Shown: piece by piece, positions 23,268-37,299 of the stretch
Position numbering within the stretch: the stretch's first letter is position 1
Layout of the letters: every line of letters starts with the position of its first letter
DNA from: Glycera tridactyla
Taxonomy: Eukaryota
DNA length: 64,000 nt
Direction: 5' to 3'
Assembly (NCBI GenBank): GCA_965644265.1
Contig: OZ286459.1
Location: forward strand, 73,656,001 to 73,720,000
Translations under genes and position numbers: made by a program
Notes under the pieces: generated by a model
The model's input: the letters and a program-made list of their open reading frames with translations, nothing else
What the model was told of the DNA's origin: nothing
The model's database searches: none

Positions 23268-23957
23268 ATAAAATCACAAATACCAACAAACTTGATTTTT
23301 GCTGATGGGTACTTGTTTCATTCTGGTAATGAATCTTGTGAAATTGTTTGTGAAACTCTGTTGAGTTTTTGTGATTTTCTTATGCCATATCATGATTGAG
23401 GTGCCATAGGTTCTTGAGTTTCTCTTCTATAACTGTTGAATGACCCATAATCTTGGCTTATTGAAGCTTTTGAATCATTCAATGTTTATAGTATGCTATG
23501 ATTATACCATATGATTCATGTGCTGTATCTGCAGAGATGTGTTTTTCACAATTCTTTCCTCTGATAGTCATGAAAAGCTAAAAAATTCATAAATCCTATT
23601 CTGTATCGAATAAGAGGAGCTTTTTTGCCTGCCTCCTGATATATGCCATTTTTCCCCTTGTGGTCTTATGTATATATGTTGATGAACTCACTCTTTAAGC
23701 TTTTCATGCCTTTTTTGAACCTTTTTGTTACTTATCGCATAGTTTGAAAGCTGCTACCAATTCATGAGCTCAATGTTTTCACCAATGTTGAACCAATCAA
23801 TTGTTTTTGAGTATGTTTGCTATACAGTGACTGGTCCCATATATTTGGGATTCAAGTAAATAGCAATTTGTCTTTATCATTCCATCAAATTTGAAATGTA
23901 ATGGTATTGAAATAGTGAGTCACTAGAATTTGATAATTGTGAGATAATTGTGAACTA

Positions 23958-24135
23958 CAGTGAAACCTGTCTTGGGAGACCACTCTCTTGGGAGACCACC
24001 CTCTAATGGGAGACCGCTCTTTATTGGCTCTTCTCTATGTGACATAGCCAAATATACCTCCAATGAGAGACCACCTGTCTTGAGAGACCACTTTTTGTTG
24101 GCATTTGTGGCAGTCTCCCAAGACAGGCTTTACTG
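23958..24135 (+). mobile_element. TA-MITE family B (178 bp)
   Basis: TA-CAGTGAAACCTGTCTTGGGAGAC ... GTCTCCCAAGACAGGCTTTACTG-TA. Confidence 0.93.
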
Positions 24136-25237
24136 TATTACTAGGGAAAAAATCTTGCATCTAAATCCTTTCAATCTGTTTCATACTTGGGTCATTATGC
24201 CTGGCTCTATTCATAAACAGGGCTGTGAATCTTAATTACCTGATCAATATTACCCTGTGTTACCTGAAATTCTCATGGATTTGACATGAATGTTAGATCA
24301 GCAGTCTAATTCGGCCCCAGCCATTTGGAATAATGCATAGCTTGTTGGACATCCGACCAATCAGGTATATTTGACTGTGTCAAAAGGAGCTGCCCCAGAG
24401 AAATCATTCTCTTTCAGAGATTAGAGGTCTTTCATCTTAGAATCAGCTGTACACTAGAGTTATGATCCATATTTTGCATCTGAGCACGAGTATACACAAA
24501 AGACTAGAAATTAAAAGAGAGACTATATTGATCTGTCATGATCTGAAGCCAGAAATGAACTTGTGGCATATGATCAGTGAAAAATCTATATAATGATTTG
24601 ATGGGCAACTTTTATGATTCCATTGTGAAAAAACGCAATATTTTGCCATGAATGTTTAATCACCTGATCCTAGCAGTATATGACCATCAAATCCTGAGCT
24701 ATAGGATGTTCATTATGAGTGGGTGAATTCAAGTTGTGTGACTGAATATTTCACTTTTGTTACAGAAATTACAGCCCGTTCTTTCTACTGAAATCTATCA
24801 GGGGCTTCTATCCTATAGGAATGGCAGTCGGGCTGTGGCGGGGAGATCCTACCCTACTGATTGACCTGTTGGCTGTAGCATGGTAATGATTTACTTTTCA
24901 CCTGTCTGTTCCATATAATCTGCTGGAGGGCACAGGAAGACATATATAGTGGTCATCATGGATGCATTTGTAGGGCAGCCATCCTGCATGAGGGTCACAT
25001 TTCCTTTTCTCAGAAGGCGGTGCTGGATTCGGGACAAAAACTCGTCTGTTCGGTAACACTACCAGAGATGAATGTCTTCCTCAGGACCAGTTGATATGAG
25101 CCTTGGTGTGCGACAGGATTGATTGCAAAGCCCAGCCTGATATTGAAGACTGCATGAAGGATATGAATGTCTCTCACTGTCATCAAACATTCAGCTAGAT
25201 TATATCAGCCAGATCTTCTCCCCATATGTTCCAGTAA

Positions 25238-25431
25238 GAGGTGTGTCTGAACTGTCAGCTACTTCCACTTGACAACCTTTCAGGTTCCCCATCATCTTGT
25301 GTTCAGGGTTTGTGAGTGATGTCTGCAGGGGAGAGAACATCCAGCTTTCATTGAACAGGAACATATGTCATATATAATCCTGTGGGTTGATAGATGCCAT
25401 TTAATCTCAAACAAACAAACAAACAACAAAC
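25238..25431 (+). mobile_element. SINE-like family 1 copy
   Basis: Same body as the 21.8-kb copy, with an (AAAC)n tail. Confidence 0.75.
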
Positions 25432-28400
25432 CTCATATGTTTTGAGTAAATATACACGATTACTAGTTATTCATCATCGCTTTTGGGACATGGTAGACCA
25501 CAAACCATCAGCAACTACATCATCCAGTTTTGAAAATGTGTTGATAATATCCATCTCATTCAAGGCCATCACTATGGATAGAGCTACACACCGCTCTCCA
25601 AAGGAACCAGGGATGCAATTCAACTTCTTAAGTTATTTTTGGGAAGTTTCAAATGCCTACTTTGAAAAAATTATGTGCGGGATCAGGATCAGAGACCTGA
25701 CCAATTGGAAGGCACAGTGAGAAAATCACTTATTCTGTCACCTTCTTCACCTCATTTAGCTGGAGTAGCATGTCTCAGTATAGGCCCCTGGAGTGAACAT
25801 ATTGTGGTCCAGACCACTCAACTTCGTATTTTACTAATAACCCAGCCAACTTTGCTATATTTGCGCTTCAGCTGATGAAGGTCATATGCTGGATAAGTAT
25901 CATGTCATCTGTGAAATGATTTAACCTTGTAGAACTAAATTTGTTTAAAATTACCAGGAGATGATTTTGTTATATTTTGTGCTGCTGGATGTGGAGGATG
26001 GATGAAGGTTAGGAATGGTGGGTCCTAGTAGGAGCGTGGCTGAGCTGACGCATTGTCCCATGTGGGGTCCACTTAAAAGCCATCTCCATGTAATCATGAA
26101 GAGCGTTGAGCCCCAACTTCATCACAACGCTCACATGTATTGCGCAGCACTCGTGCGCCTTTAAGAAGGGGAGGAGGCATGGAACTGTCCAATCAATGGA
26201 GGCCACTGCTGCTGCTGCCACGGCAACCTCAACGAGTGACTGTGATCGGGCTGTAGGATCCACATAAAACTGGCCAATCTCGCTTAACAGTGTATTACAA
26301 CTAGCATGCTGGATTAGAAGATGGACCATGTGTGGCTGATACCAACATCTTCACCGGCCAATGAATTGCCTGTTCATGACATGAGTGCTGGATAAAAGTT
26401 TTGCAACTTTTGTATTTGAAAATTCAGGACAATTTAGAATAATTGGGCATTTCTCAAAGAAATTCAGGCACATCATTCATGATTGGTTTCAAGTGTTTGA
26501 AAGTTGGAACAACTTCATTCAATCGAGGATTATGCATAGCAACGATGCTTGGATTGCAAGCCTGGCTTATACATAATACATAGGTAATTATTTCATGATT
26601 TTTCTATCTTCATTTCCTATTCTGCTCATGTGCATGTGTGCATTCACATGAGTAAAAATCTCAGAAATTGATACATACAAGCACGAGCCTACTGGCCTGC
26701 TTATAATTCTGTATCTCACCATGTGTGTTCGTTTGTTTGTATATATGTGTGTATATGTGTGTGTGTGTGTGTTTTGTAATATATTACATGGGATGTGTGG
26801 AAGAATCACAAATATACACAGATATTTCCATGATTTCCTTTTAACTAGAAGAAATGGCAGGGTGATTATAACCATTCTACCATGAGGGGATACTTTGGGT
26901 TACTTTAGTTAGTTACAACTTCGCTGAGATCATGCCAATTATGGAGATTGAGTTGAATGTGGCTTCAATGGGGAAACATATGACAACTGTACTAGGCGTG
27001 ATCATAATAAGCCAGTCAAATTGAGAGATTGTGACTTGAAGACAGTGAAGTTTTTATGGGTCATCATCAAAATAGTTAGACAACCAGAAATGTAATCTAT
27101 ACTTAGTGCACTCAAAGCTGTCTGTGAAGACCAACCTTTGTCAAATTGAATATTGGTTTTTGTGGACGGGTGGTCTTGTAGAGAGGTCATTCACTAGAGG
27201 ATACTATCACAGGGGTGGTTCATGTACCCAGGTGGCCTTCATATAGAGTTGTTCTATGAGCAGATATGACAGTAATCAATTCAGATTTGAGGATTCAGCA
27301 AGGAGAATAAAGTAGAATCCATCATGACTATTGCAAACTTCAAGTTCTTGAAGAAGAAGCATCACAAAAATCAGTGATGAGAAAGACAATCTTCATGTGT
27401 GAATTAGTTCTCACTAATTCAGGCTATTTTCTAGCGGCTTTAAAACAGACCGTAGCACTGTAGGTTTTTAAAATACAGATTTCATTATTGTCAAGTGTAG
27501 TGGATTAGTGTAAATTATATCAATGTCAGGATCTAGATCCCAACTTTCCATCTAGAATCCATCTAGAATCCAACTTGTCCATTAGAAAATAACATTGGAA
27601 TCCAGATTAATTTGTGTCTCCAAGTGATCCCATTCATGGAGTTGCGAGGCAATATTTACATCAAAGGTTTCCCATGATACAGTGAATATTGAATTTTCAG
27701 GTACAATTATATTTGGAGGCAAAACAATATAGGCCAACATAAGCAAGATTCATCTTGAGAAATGATTCAAATCATCCACTCCCATATTGATGATTTCCAT
27801 GGAGCTATTCAATTGTACCACTTCATTATTTGTTGAATTCTGATGCTTAAAGTAGACACTCAATCTCATGATATGAACATGTACATGAATATTCAGCAGT
27901 CTTCAAATTTAGCCACTCTTTCGAATACCGGGGAGAGTAAATTAGATTTCGGGAGTGTGAAAATACCAAACTTACTCTCCTGATGGGGGAGCTTATTTTT
28001 TTCCAGTTCATGAGAAAGTGGTGGGTTTAGCATGAAGACAGAACACCAGTATTTTGACTCCACCAATTAAGAAATCCTATTCTGTTCTATGTTGCTTTAC
28101 ATGTACCTGCGTATGAATAATTCTGAGGAAGTAACCTCAGAGAAACATGGATTGGTGAGACTCAAGTAGTCACTCGTAGGACAGAAAAGTTGGAATTTAC
28201 ATCTTGAGGTGGCGATTATCCACACAGATATCTTGCCCTCAAGATAACTTAGTTACAGCTTGTTCTTGGAGATATTCTGGAGAGTGGATTTATTTTCGGG
28301 AGAGTGTTTCTTCCAATCTACTCTCCTGAGTGCCTGAATAAGTTTTTCGTGAAGACTGATTTGGTATATGATTCAAGAGCCTATGCTCATGATGTAAATC

Positions 28401-30109
28401 TCACTCAGTTATTAGTCTTGTGTGATTGTACAATATCTCCACATTGTGGTATATGGTAGTCATATCAATATTCCATGGTTTTCTCTTTGTATTATTCCTA
28501 TATTGCGGGGAAACAAGACCCAATTTATGAGGCCGTATATGGCATACATCAGTGCATTACCCTGAGCATCGCCCAGCACATGGAGCTACACTCAGGTGGA
28601 CTTATGCAACCGTGCACACTAGTGGGATCCTGATTTGCCATGAAAGTGTTCTATTGGCGATTACATCAGATGCATTTATAGGGTAATAAATGAGGTGGCC
28701 ACCATTAGGTGGAGCCTGCACACGCTCAACGTTGGAAGCATACTTGTTAGTGTTAAGAGCCGAAAAAAACCAGGATCGATTAATCGGCATGTTGAGCGAG
28801 TGATGATCGATCTCAGATCGCGGGCTTTTCTTGGAGTGGGAATCCCTAGATATAGACATGTTGTCTTCACACACGTGTGTTCTAGGGTTTTCCAAGTATA
28901 GAGATGTGTGATTCATATAGTTCTGATCAGTATTAATGAAGTGATGGTTGATATTCCACACTGTTGTCATCAATATAAACTCACAAATGACAGGTCAGAA
29001 CAAGTGGTTACACAGACTCCAATCTGCATTTGGCAGATATTGGTCGTATTTCCATGATTCCCTCAATTCTGGGGAAATGGTGTTTATCTATTTTTAATAG
29101 ATCCAAAAAATGAGCACCGATAAATAGGATAGGCACCCAGCATCGTCGATTAGATCGATCTTCGCATCGATCGGTGGAACACTAGTACTGGTCATAAATA
29201 GTGTCTGTCTTTGAATCTCAGTATTGCAAGGTTTGTGTGTGAACTTGAAATGGCATAGGTAATCTCTATTGCCAAGATTCTTGGTGGGGAAAATCTCAAA
29301 ACACTGAGAGTAGTAATGGCATTTTGAGAGGAATACAGGTGTCTGGGATGGTCCTCTGTCTACTGGGAGGACAAGATTGCAAACAATAATCATGTGGAAT
29401 AGATGCTGAGTACGGCTAATCATCATGACGAAGCATTTTTTGTCATGTAACAGGTCTGTCGTATCTTGCCTTCTATATTTCGCACATTCTTCAGTAAGAT
29501 TGTGGTCAACGAGGACACAGTTTGGGCGCTCCTTAATTGGATAAAACTGTGTCCTGGTATTGAAAAGGTTCATGGGCATGCTTTTTCTAAGCACCTGTGA
29601 GCTGTCCTTAGATTCATTCTACATGTTTCTTTTTGAATTGAAGGTAATAGAATTGAAGAAAATCACATACTTTTCCTGTTGACTGAGGTAACATTATGAA
29701 CAAAACATTCTATCATGTTTTTTTCATGATGATGATAGCACCCATCATTAAGAAGATTGCTCGTCTTGTATCGCACATTTTTACTGATGGTGGCATATTA
29801 AGAAGGGAAATATTTCTCGTCTTTTCTCATATTACCAATTAACGATACTACAGAAAGTAAGCATGCCAATTGACGGAACTTTCTAGGCGCCAGTCTAGTC
29901 ATTGAGTCAGCACGTTTTCAGTCTGTTTTCTACTGCGTCCACTTCAGATTACATCCTGTTCAATCAAAATGACTACACAACCCACCATTGCTTGAAAATT
30001 TCACAAATGGCTTGAATATGCGTATGACCAGGTTGTCAACATGGGTCTTGGGGTATGGAGTGTGGGGTGTGGAGTGTGCTCCTGACTGGGCTATTCACCT
30101 GCTAATTTG

Positions 30110-30220
30110 TGGCAGTGTGTGTAGACTGCTTGCTTCTACACAGGTCAGGTGGTTAGTGCCATGCCAGAGATCCAGGTCCAAATCCACAACAAGAAATCAG
30201 ACTTTTCAGAGGATGTAATT
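30110..30220 (+). mobile_element. tRNA-derived SINE-like family 2 fragment
   Basis: TTGCTTC..CACAGG..TTAGTGCCA..AGGTCCAAATCCACAA..AAATCAGA. Homologous to 59140-59240 and 37185-37290. Confidence 0.55.
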
Positions 30221-31009
30221 TGTAGATTTCAATGTTGCATCATACCATATATTTTTCGTTGGGAAATGGGGTCATTGCTATGAGTATATGATGTATATGA
30301 TGGCTCATTTGGAAAAGACTGAATGTGATGACGGTATGTCAGCTTGCAGCAAGGCTGCTGGATTCTCAGAACCATGATGAATGAACTGCCACACGGTCCA
30401 CATTTCCTTCTATACACTGATATAGAATATATAGCATAGGTGAACAAATATAATGGAATAGTTCCGGAACCCTAAGGAGTATTAGAAGACAGCTTCAAGA
30501 GAACAATTATTCTCAAAATGAGGACGATTTAGAGCTTCTTATTTTCAACAAAGTCCTCTATGCACAGTGGACATTCTAGTGTAGTCACCTATGTGAAACA
30601 TCTTGACATATCCCATTGCTCAGAGCCATATTTTGCAAGCACCTCTGAGTCATATTTTGAGAACAAATCTGTTTATATGCCATGACAAATGATGCATTCG
30701 TCCGCCATCAATTGCTTAGGACAACCCCCATTACATTCTGTCTGGTATTCACCTACTTCATGTATTTGACAGTAGCACACATGCCGTAATTGCATTCCAG
30801 ACTGCCACTTTGAGCTATATGCTCAGTCCACCTGAGAACAATGGTAACTAACTCTTCATCGAGTTTAGCCTTAGGCTCTGCTTGTCCAATCTTATTCCTG
30901 GATCAATAGCGTGATTCTCGTGACTGAGGTCAGTAAACTGGTCAGGTCTCTAGATCAATCAAGTGATCATCTGGTGACACATTTGCCAGTACAGAATGAA
31001 GGCAATCAC

Positions 31010-31250
31010 TTGTAGTTAGATGTGCCATCATTAGGTACATTATGTTCATGTAGAGTAGGTAGAGATGTGTCTGAAGTGTCAGTGACTTCCACCTGACAAC
31101 CTTTTGTTTCCCCATCATCCTGTGTTCAGGGTTTGTAAGTGATGCCTGGTGAGGCAGAACATCTAGCTTTCGTTGGCCAGAAATGCATGGGGTACATAAT
31201 CTTCTGAATTGATAAAGGCTGTCAAATCACAAACAGACAAACAAGCAAAC
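31010..31250 (+). mobile_element. SINE-like family 1 copy (diverged)
   Basis: Same body, with an AAAC/AGAC tail. Confidence 0.65.
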
Positions 31251-31624
31251 AATCGCTTGTACATATGACACAAGAATCTATCTTTAGGATATACTGTGAA
31301 ATGTCCATGCCATGAGGGACACATGAAGAAGGAAATACACATATTTAGTGCCACTCCCTCGCAAAAAGGTCATGCTTGTTTGCACGACTAACTTTCTCTC
31401 GTGGGTGTATACCAAGAACCCATCACTGTGGATAATACATGGCATTTCTTGCTAGGCAAAGGTCGAGACCTAAATGACCTGAGGCCATGGCACTCTTGGT
31501 TTTCAGCTTGCACAGATGGAGGAACAATTTTATATGTAGATTAGTCCTAATGTTCTATAAAACAATGCATAATATGACAATATAAAGACGGTTCCTGAGG
31601 AGCCTGTATAGGTTTACCATATGT

Positions 31625-31879
31625 TATATAGAAATGCTAGCCATCCATCCTTCCTTCTATCCATCACACTTTCTTGGCTGTGCAACTCCTCATTCATTTC
31701 TAATGTGATCTTCACCAAACATTCACAAATTGATTATCAATGGCTGCAGCACATATTTGTCAGGGTTTTGTGATTTAATAATTTTTGAAGGAGTTATTGC
31801 CCTTCGTTAGATTCGACATGCATTACATGCAAACCAGCACCCTTGGCAGGGGATACAATATCCGTGACATATTCTTGTT
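31625..31879 (+). mobile_element. Helentron/HINE-like element, 5'-truncated
   Basis: ATATAGAAATG + (CCAT)n + GGAGTTATTGCCCTT + GGGGATA..CTTGTT end. Homologous to 43644-43928. Confidence 0.55.
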
Positions 31880-32917
31880 ACTCTAGTGTTTGTTTACATT
31901 GAGGCAAGTTCTAAGTAATGTCTGTGTTCAAAGACTCATGGAAGGTTTCCCATCATTGATTGGAGTTATCAAGAGGCTATGTGAAGAGCTATGTGACAGC
32001 TTAATCATCAGGGATCTCCTTGTAACTTGATGATTGTCTGTTTTGCTGTGGGTATACACCTGTCAATCAAGGAATGGATGATCATATTCTCTCTCACATA
32101 ATCATCATTCATACTATGTCATGTAGCCAGAAACATAACAAATGGAAAGTTTGGCCCTTATGTACTATCAGACAAAGATGCACAAACATTAGCCATGATA
32201 ACATTAGTGAGGATATTGATTTGATCATAGTCCATGCAGTGAGGACTACATTCACCTGTCATGTCACCTTGCAGACAGACATACATACCAGCAAGCAGCA
32301 AACACAAAGGACCAGAATTTGAGGGTAAGGAGCTCACCTGTTGCACATTCCATCATATCCCAAACACTTCAATCATGGTCTGAGGTCAAGACTATCCACT
32401 AACTCTGGGAGCAACATCTCAGGTGTGGCTTTGATGTAATTTCAGTGCTTTGTGGAAATGTAAAAAAACATGGTCTTACCAATGTAAGAAAAAGGTATCA
32501 TCAGAAATATAAAATGCATTTTACCTCACTGTATGCTTTTTATTACCTCACTCTTATCTGCATTGAGAAGCAGTTCTGTGCATGGATCTATTGATGTGTT
32601 ATATGAAGACTGTAAGCTGATCTGGTCGGGGTGTCATGTAATCCAAGGCATATGATGATGATTCATTGTAATTGATATCACTCACATCAACACATGAGAT
32701 ACATTGTGAGTGTTTGTGTGTGTGCGTGTGTGCGCGCGTGTGTGCGTGCGTGCGTGCTTGCAGTCTAGAGCTTGCAATCCTCACTGGTGCACCTGACTTG
32801 TCAATTATATCCACCAGCAGGCCAATCCTGACCTTATTAACCATTTTGAACTTCCCAGGGATTTCCCAGCATACAGTACAAAACTGACAATATGGGCCTG
32901 GCTCTACACACACCTAC

Positions 32918-32919
32918 TG

Positions 32920-32995
<76 letters not shown>

Positions 32996-33000
32996 CTGTG
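32918..33000. repeat. (TG)n microsatellite
   Basis: About 40 units. Confidence 0.97.
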
Positions 33001-33865
33001 AGATATGGATGAGCGGATGATTCAGTATAATACCCTTTTTCTGAATCAGTGTATAGAAAGTGTGGGTTTGTTATAAATAGACAAGAATGTTTAATGTATA
33101 TGCAGTGTTCGGAGACTGTCTGCCTTGTTTTCAGAGATGACACCTAAGTTGATGTGGGGAACAAGCCGGCAGATGTAATGCCTATTAAATGGTTTATGTA
33201 TGGAAGTGAAATTTATCGAGTAGAGGATGAAATATAATCGATCAGATATAAATGACAAAATACACACATAAAGATGGTTTGATTTGCATGCAATTGACTG
33301 TTGATCCAGGCATCACCACTATATAAACATTTTTTTATTGGTGTCATGATTTAGAAGAATATAGCAAAAAGGAGGTATATTGTACTCAATACCTGACATT
33401 AAATTGCTTGTTTCTCATGATGTATTGCTGTTTGCGCTGATGAAGACTATGTTATTGTCATTGTCATTGTCACTGTATTCAAGCATATAGGCCCACCTGG
33501 TGGATAAGTGGACCCCACAATACCTCTGATAAAAGTTGTAATCTTGAGTATAGGTTGACCATCATGTTTATGGCCATTACAATGAGCACCAAAATACATC
33601 TAACCCAATTCATGGCTCACATGCACTATTAGTGAACCATTTGCTTTTCCTTATAAATGAGGATAATGATGTTGATGTTTTGAAATCTGTTATCACCCAC
33701 ATTCAGGCACTGGAGTGTGTCTCATTTGGAGAATATTTTCGGTACAGGTTGTACCTGTTCACTCATTGTAGGTGAGGCTGTCTCGGGGTAACTTAGAAAT
33801 GAGATAGGAGTGTCTGTAAGAACAGCCAGTCCTTGGAAACACATGCTACAGAATGGCAGAACTTA

Positions 33866-34396
33866 CCGTAAATGATGTAATAATAGCCCATGCTTCAATA
33901 AACGCCCATCCCCCCAAAATGGACCTAACCTCCTCACATGGAAGTTCCTTTTAACTGCCCAGGCTATTGTTAGTTGATGTGCTGGTCTCCTCTCCTCCCT
34001 CCTTCACCTCCAGGTGGTCCATGGATACTGCACACAAGCTTGGAATTCACCATATTCTCTCCTCAAATGAAGCCTCTTGAACAAGTCTGGTTAATGAAAT
34101 AAACTTGAGAAATCCTGAAATCCATTTGCCTCATTTTACATTCAGTCAAAAGGCATCAATCATGAAGTTCCCCTTATTTTGAACATTGATTTCAACCAAC
34201 AGATGAGTGAGCAACATGGAAAATACAATCCCCACTACCAGCCAAACATTCTGTCATTGCTACCAGATGTGTGGGATAACCATCGCTCCCCATCAGGAGA
34301 TCTTTCACGCAGATGGCTGTAATAAAAGCCCATCCCCACTCTTCACTCAGTGGGAATCCTATTAAACGCCCAGGGCAATCATTACGTCATTTACGG
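33866..34396 (-). mobile_element. CCGTA-ended TA-MITE (531 bp), older relative of 62667-63462
   Basis: TA-CCGTAAATGATGTAATAATAGCCC ... GGGCAATCATTACGTCATTTACGG-TA. Ends match the 62.7-kb element in opposite orientation. Confidence 0.85.
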
Positions 34397-34915
34397 TACT
34401 CATGACAGATTCCTGTATATGTTCACAAAGATACGGGCTCATACCAAGGTCTCTGATGTTCATCAGTTTGGTCAGGGAGGAGAGAGTAAACTGGTTAGAA
34501 AAATGTGTACCCCTGGAAAGAGGCTCATTTTGATTACGGTCACTATCGCAATAGAGAGCATATGGCACCTGGATTTAGCAACATTTTCATGATTCAACAT
34601 TATCAAGAGAAGATTGGTTTGATGCAATGGATTCACCACCTCAGGAATGAACTATTCTTAGTTGGTAGATGAAGTAGACATTAGCTATTTATATTTCCAG
34701 CACAGGTCTAGGAATCTCTGGGTCGGCAAGTGAATATCAAGCATTCTCTCCAGTGAGGAAAGATATTGATTACCCAGTCTGGCAAAATTCATCTGTACTT
34801 AATGCTATTCATAGTTTACTGTTTCTATTATTATGTTTCATTGATACACCAATAGACAAATTGGAATTCTCCACATTCTTTTCCATCTTGGGGTTGCTTA
34901 TGTGGATGAGAACTA

Positions 34916-35137
34916 CAGGGCTCTACACTAAGGGTTGCCCTACTGGCACAGGCAGTCAGATTTGATGTTAGGGCAGGTCATTTCATCAATATGTCTGCCC
35001 AATGGGCAGGTGCACCATCCTTATTTAATCCATGAATATATACAGGAGGGCAGGTGAAGATTTTAGGGAGGGCAGATGGAAATCCCACTTCACCTGCCCG
35101 AAGGACAACTGGAGAAAAAAGTTAGGATAGAGCCCTG
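34916..35137 (+). mobile_element. hAT-like MITE (222 bp) with 5-bp TSD
   Basis: Perfect 10-bp TIR CAGGGCTCTA/TAGAGCCCTG. AACTA on both sides (34911-34915, 35138-35142). Internal GGGCAGGT repeats. Confidence 0.8.
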
Positions 35138-35977
35138 AACTAGAATATGAAATGGTCCTCAAAGTGTGGTGAAATTTGTCTTACGAGACCGGCCCAAATG
35201 CCAACCATAAGTTGTCTCTCAAACCAGGTGGTCTCATCGCAGGTATATTTCATCATGTCAGATGGAAAAGACTTGATGGAGAGTAGTCAATTAAATGAGG
35301 GCAGTGTCCCAAAATAGGGGTCCCATGGTAATCTTGTCATGTCGCCTCCATGAGAAATTACTTGAATGTGAGAGAGGTATGAAGCACAATCTCATATGGG
35401 TATTGTTATCGAACAATTGAGCAGATCATGCTAACAGGGTATACTCGGATATGTCAGAATATAGGAGGAATATGGAAGATTCCACACTTGGCATCTTCTG
35501 CCGCTAGAGTGCATAGATCTGCATGCCTACTCAGTCATCTGTAAATCTAAGGCATCTTATTGATTTCATCAAGGATAGATACATGATATTCAGAATGACT
35601 GTTTACATGGGGGTGGTAAAGATTGTTTGCCCTCTTTGAGATGCACCGTTAAACCATCATATTCAAGTTCATGAGAAAATTTGCTCCATCCCTTACTGTC
35701 AAATTACCCAATGGGTATTACTTCATATTGTGAAAGTAACACTGGTGGCTTTAATAACAGTCAACATATCAAATGAAATGGATTGATGCTGGATGTCCAA
35801 AGAATCATAGCCGACTTGAGAATATATCTTGCCTTTTGCCTTGTTGAACCCCCTGGCCTGAATCTGGAGATCTATGAAATTGTAGATTCATGAGTTTAGG
35901 AGTCTGAGTGATAATGGCATATTCCATTCAAGCATCATGTATTCATGCCATGTTGCTTTTTCATTCACAAATCATGA

Positions 35978-36685
35978 CTTCATGCGTCACTGCGAATAAG
36001 TGCTCACTCATTAGAAATTGAACGTGGTCGTTATGGTAAATCACCTTTACTGAGAAATGAACGTTTCTGTACCACCTGTAAGGATTCCAGGTACCTCACT
36101 GTGGGGGATGAGCATCACTTTGTTATGGAATGTATGTCCTTGTGGGAGTTGAGGGATACATTGTTTGAAAATATTCGGAAAGAGTGCCGAGCGTTTGTTA
36201 AGTTGGATGATCACCAGAAACTCATTTATATTTTGACCTGCGAGGGGGAGCTTGCTAGAATAGCAGGAAAGTTTGTGAGTGATGCTATGGATCTAAGGAG
36301 AGACATATGCACCAAAAGCAAGAGCCCCATGGTGGTGAGAAACTGGCACTCCTTTTGGTGTCTATTTTCTGAGACAGGTGAACTCTACTTGAGTCCTTGG
36401 GTTATATACATCGTGGAATGCTCTGTTAGTTGGTGCCCTCATGTGGGTAGCCATGCATTGAGCCACATGGGTTGCAATGTGATTCCATAATGATATATAT
36501 TGTAATGTACCCTGTGGGGTTTTGTCAGTGAAATGTATGTACAGTTGTGGCGTTGAACTGAAGTGTCTTTGTCTCATGCCTAGTCATATGTAGTGATTGT
36601 TATCTGTTTTGTAGTTTTATTGTCCAGTAGTTCCAATGATCATGTGCTGATTATAGATGGCAATAAATATTCTGTATTCTGCATT
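35978..36685 (+). mobile_element. 5'-truncated non-LTR retrotransposon (ORF2 C-terminal CCHC domain + 3' UTR)
   Basis: Frame from 35987 reads SLRISAHSLEIERGRY..RNERFCTTC..GDEHHFVMEC..LRDTLF. This is the RxSxHxLxIExGRY..CxxC..DExHF..C motif of LINE ORF2 C-termini. AATAAA and ATTCTG tail at ~36663-36680. Clade not determined. Confidence 0.85.
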
Positions 36686-37184
36686 GCCTTTTCATTCAAA
36701 ATTCAGAGGTTGAATGTATATCGCCGTCACACTACGTGGTATCATCAGAAGACTAATGTGATTATTGGTGATTGCCTTGAAAGCAACGTTATCCCACTTC
36801 GGTGTGCAGATTGCCTCATCTTACTATCTGCCATAGTGACATCTAGTGTAGAGAATAGGATATCCAATTGCCTGTTTTCATATGCAGCCATGTACTCTGT
36901 CTTCATTAGATATTTATGAATCATGCCATAGATAAAACTCACATCTTTTGGCTCATCTCAATAGTATGGCATTAAACGAATTTGCTGAATATTTTCTGCC
37001 AATAGTCCACATGCTGTTCCTTTTGAAGAATGAGTTGTGATGCAGTGCAGTATGCTTCAGGTTATGGTGACCTCGAATGGTGTTTCTACATATCTTGTGA
37101 TTTAATATGATATATGTCTGGACGAGCTTGTGTAAGGGATGAAACTTTGTTTCACATCAAAATGTACAAATCACAGTTTGGGGA

Positions 37185-37290
37185 ATCATCTGATTTCATG
37201 CGGATTTGAACCTCCATTCCCAGCATGGCACCAACCGCCTAGCCTGTGAAGGAGCAAGTTGTCTTGCATGCTGAGTCATTTGGACTGCTT
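37185..37290 (-). mobile_element. tRNA-derived SINE-like family 2 fragment
   Basis: B box GGTTCAAATCC on the minus strand (37202-37212). Homologous to 59140-59240. Confidence 0.55.
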
Positions 37291-37299
37291 CATGATAAG

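Noticed and set aside
26009-26576. Coding-looking, GC-richer stretch
   Set aside because: Stops in all frames and no motif I can assign.
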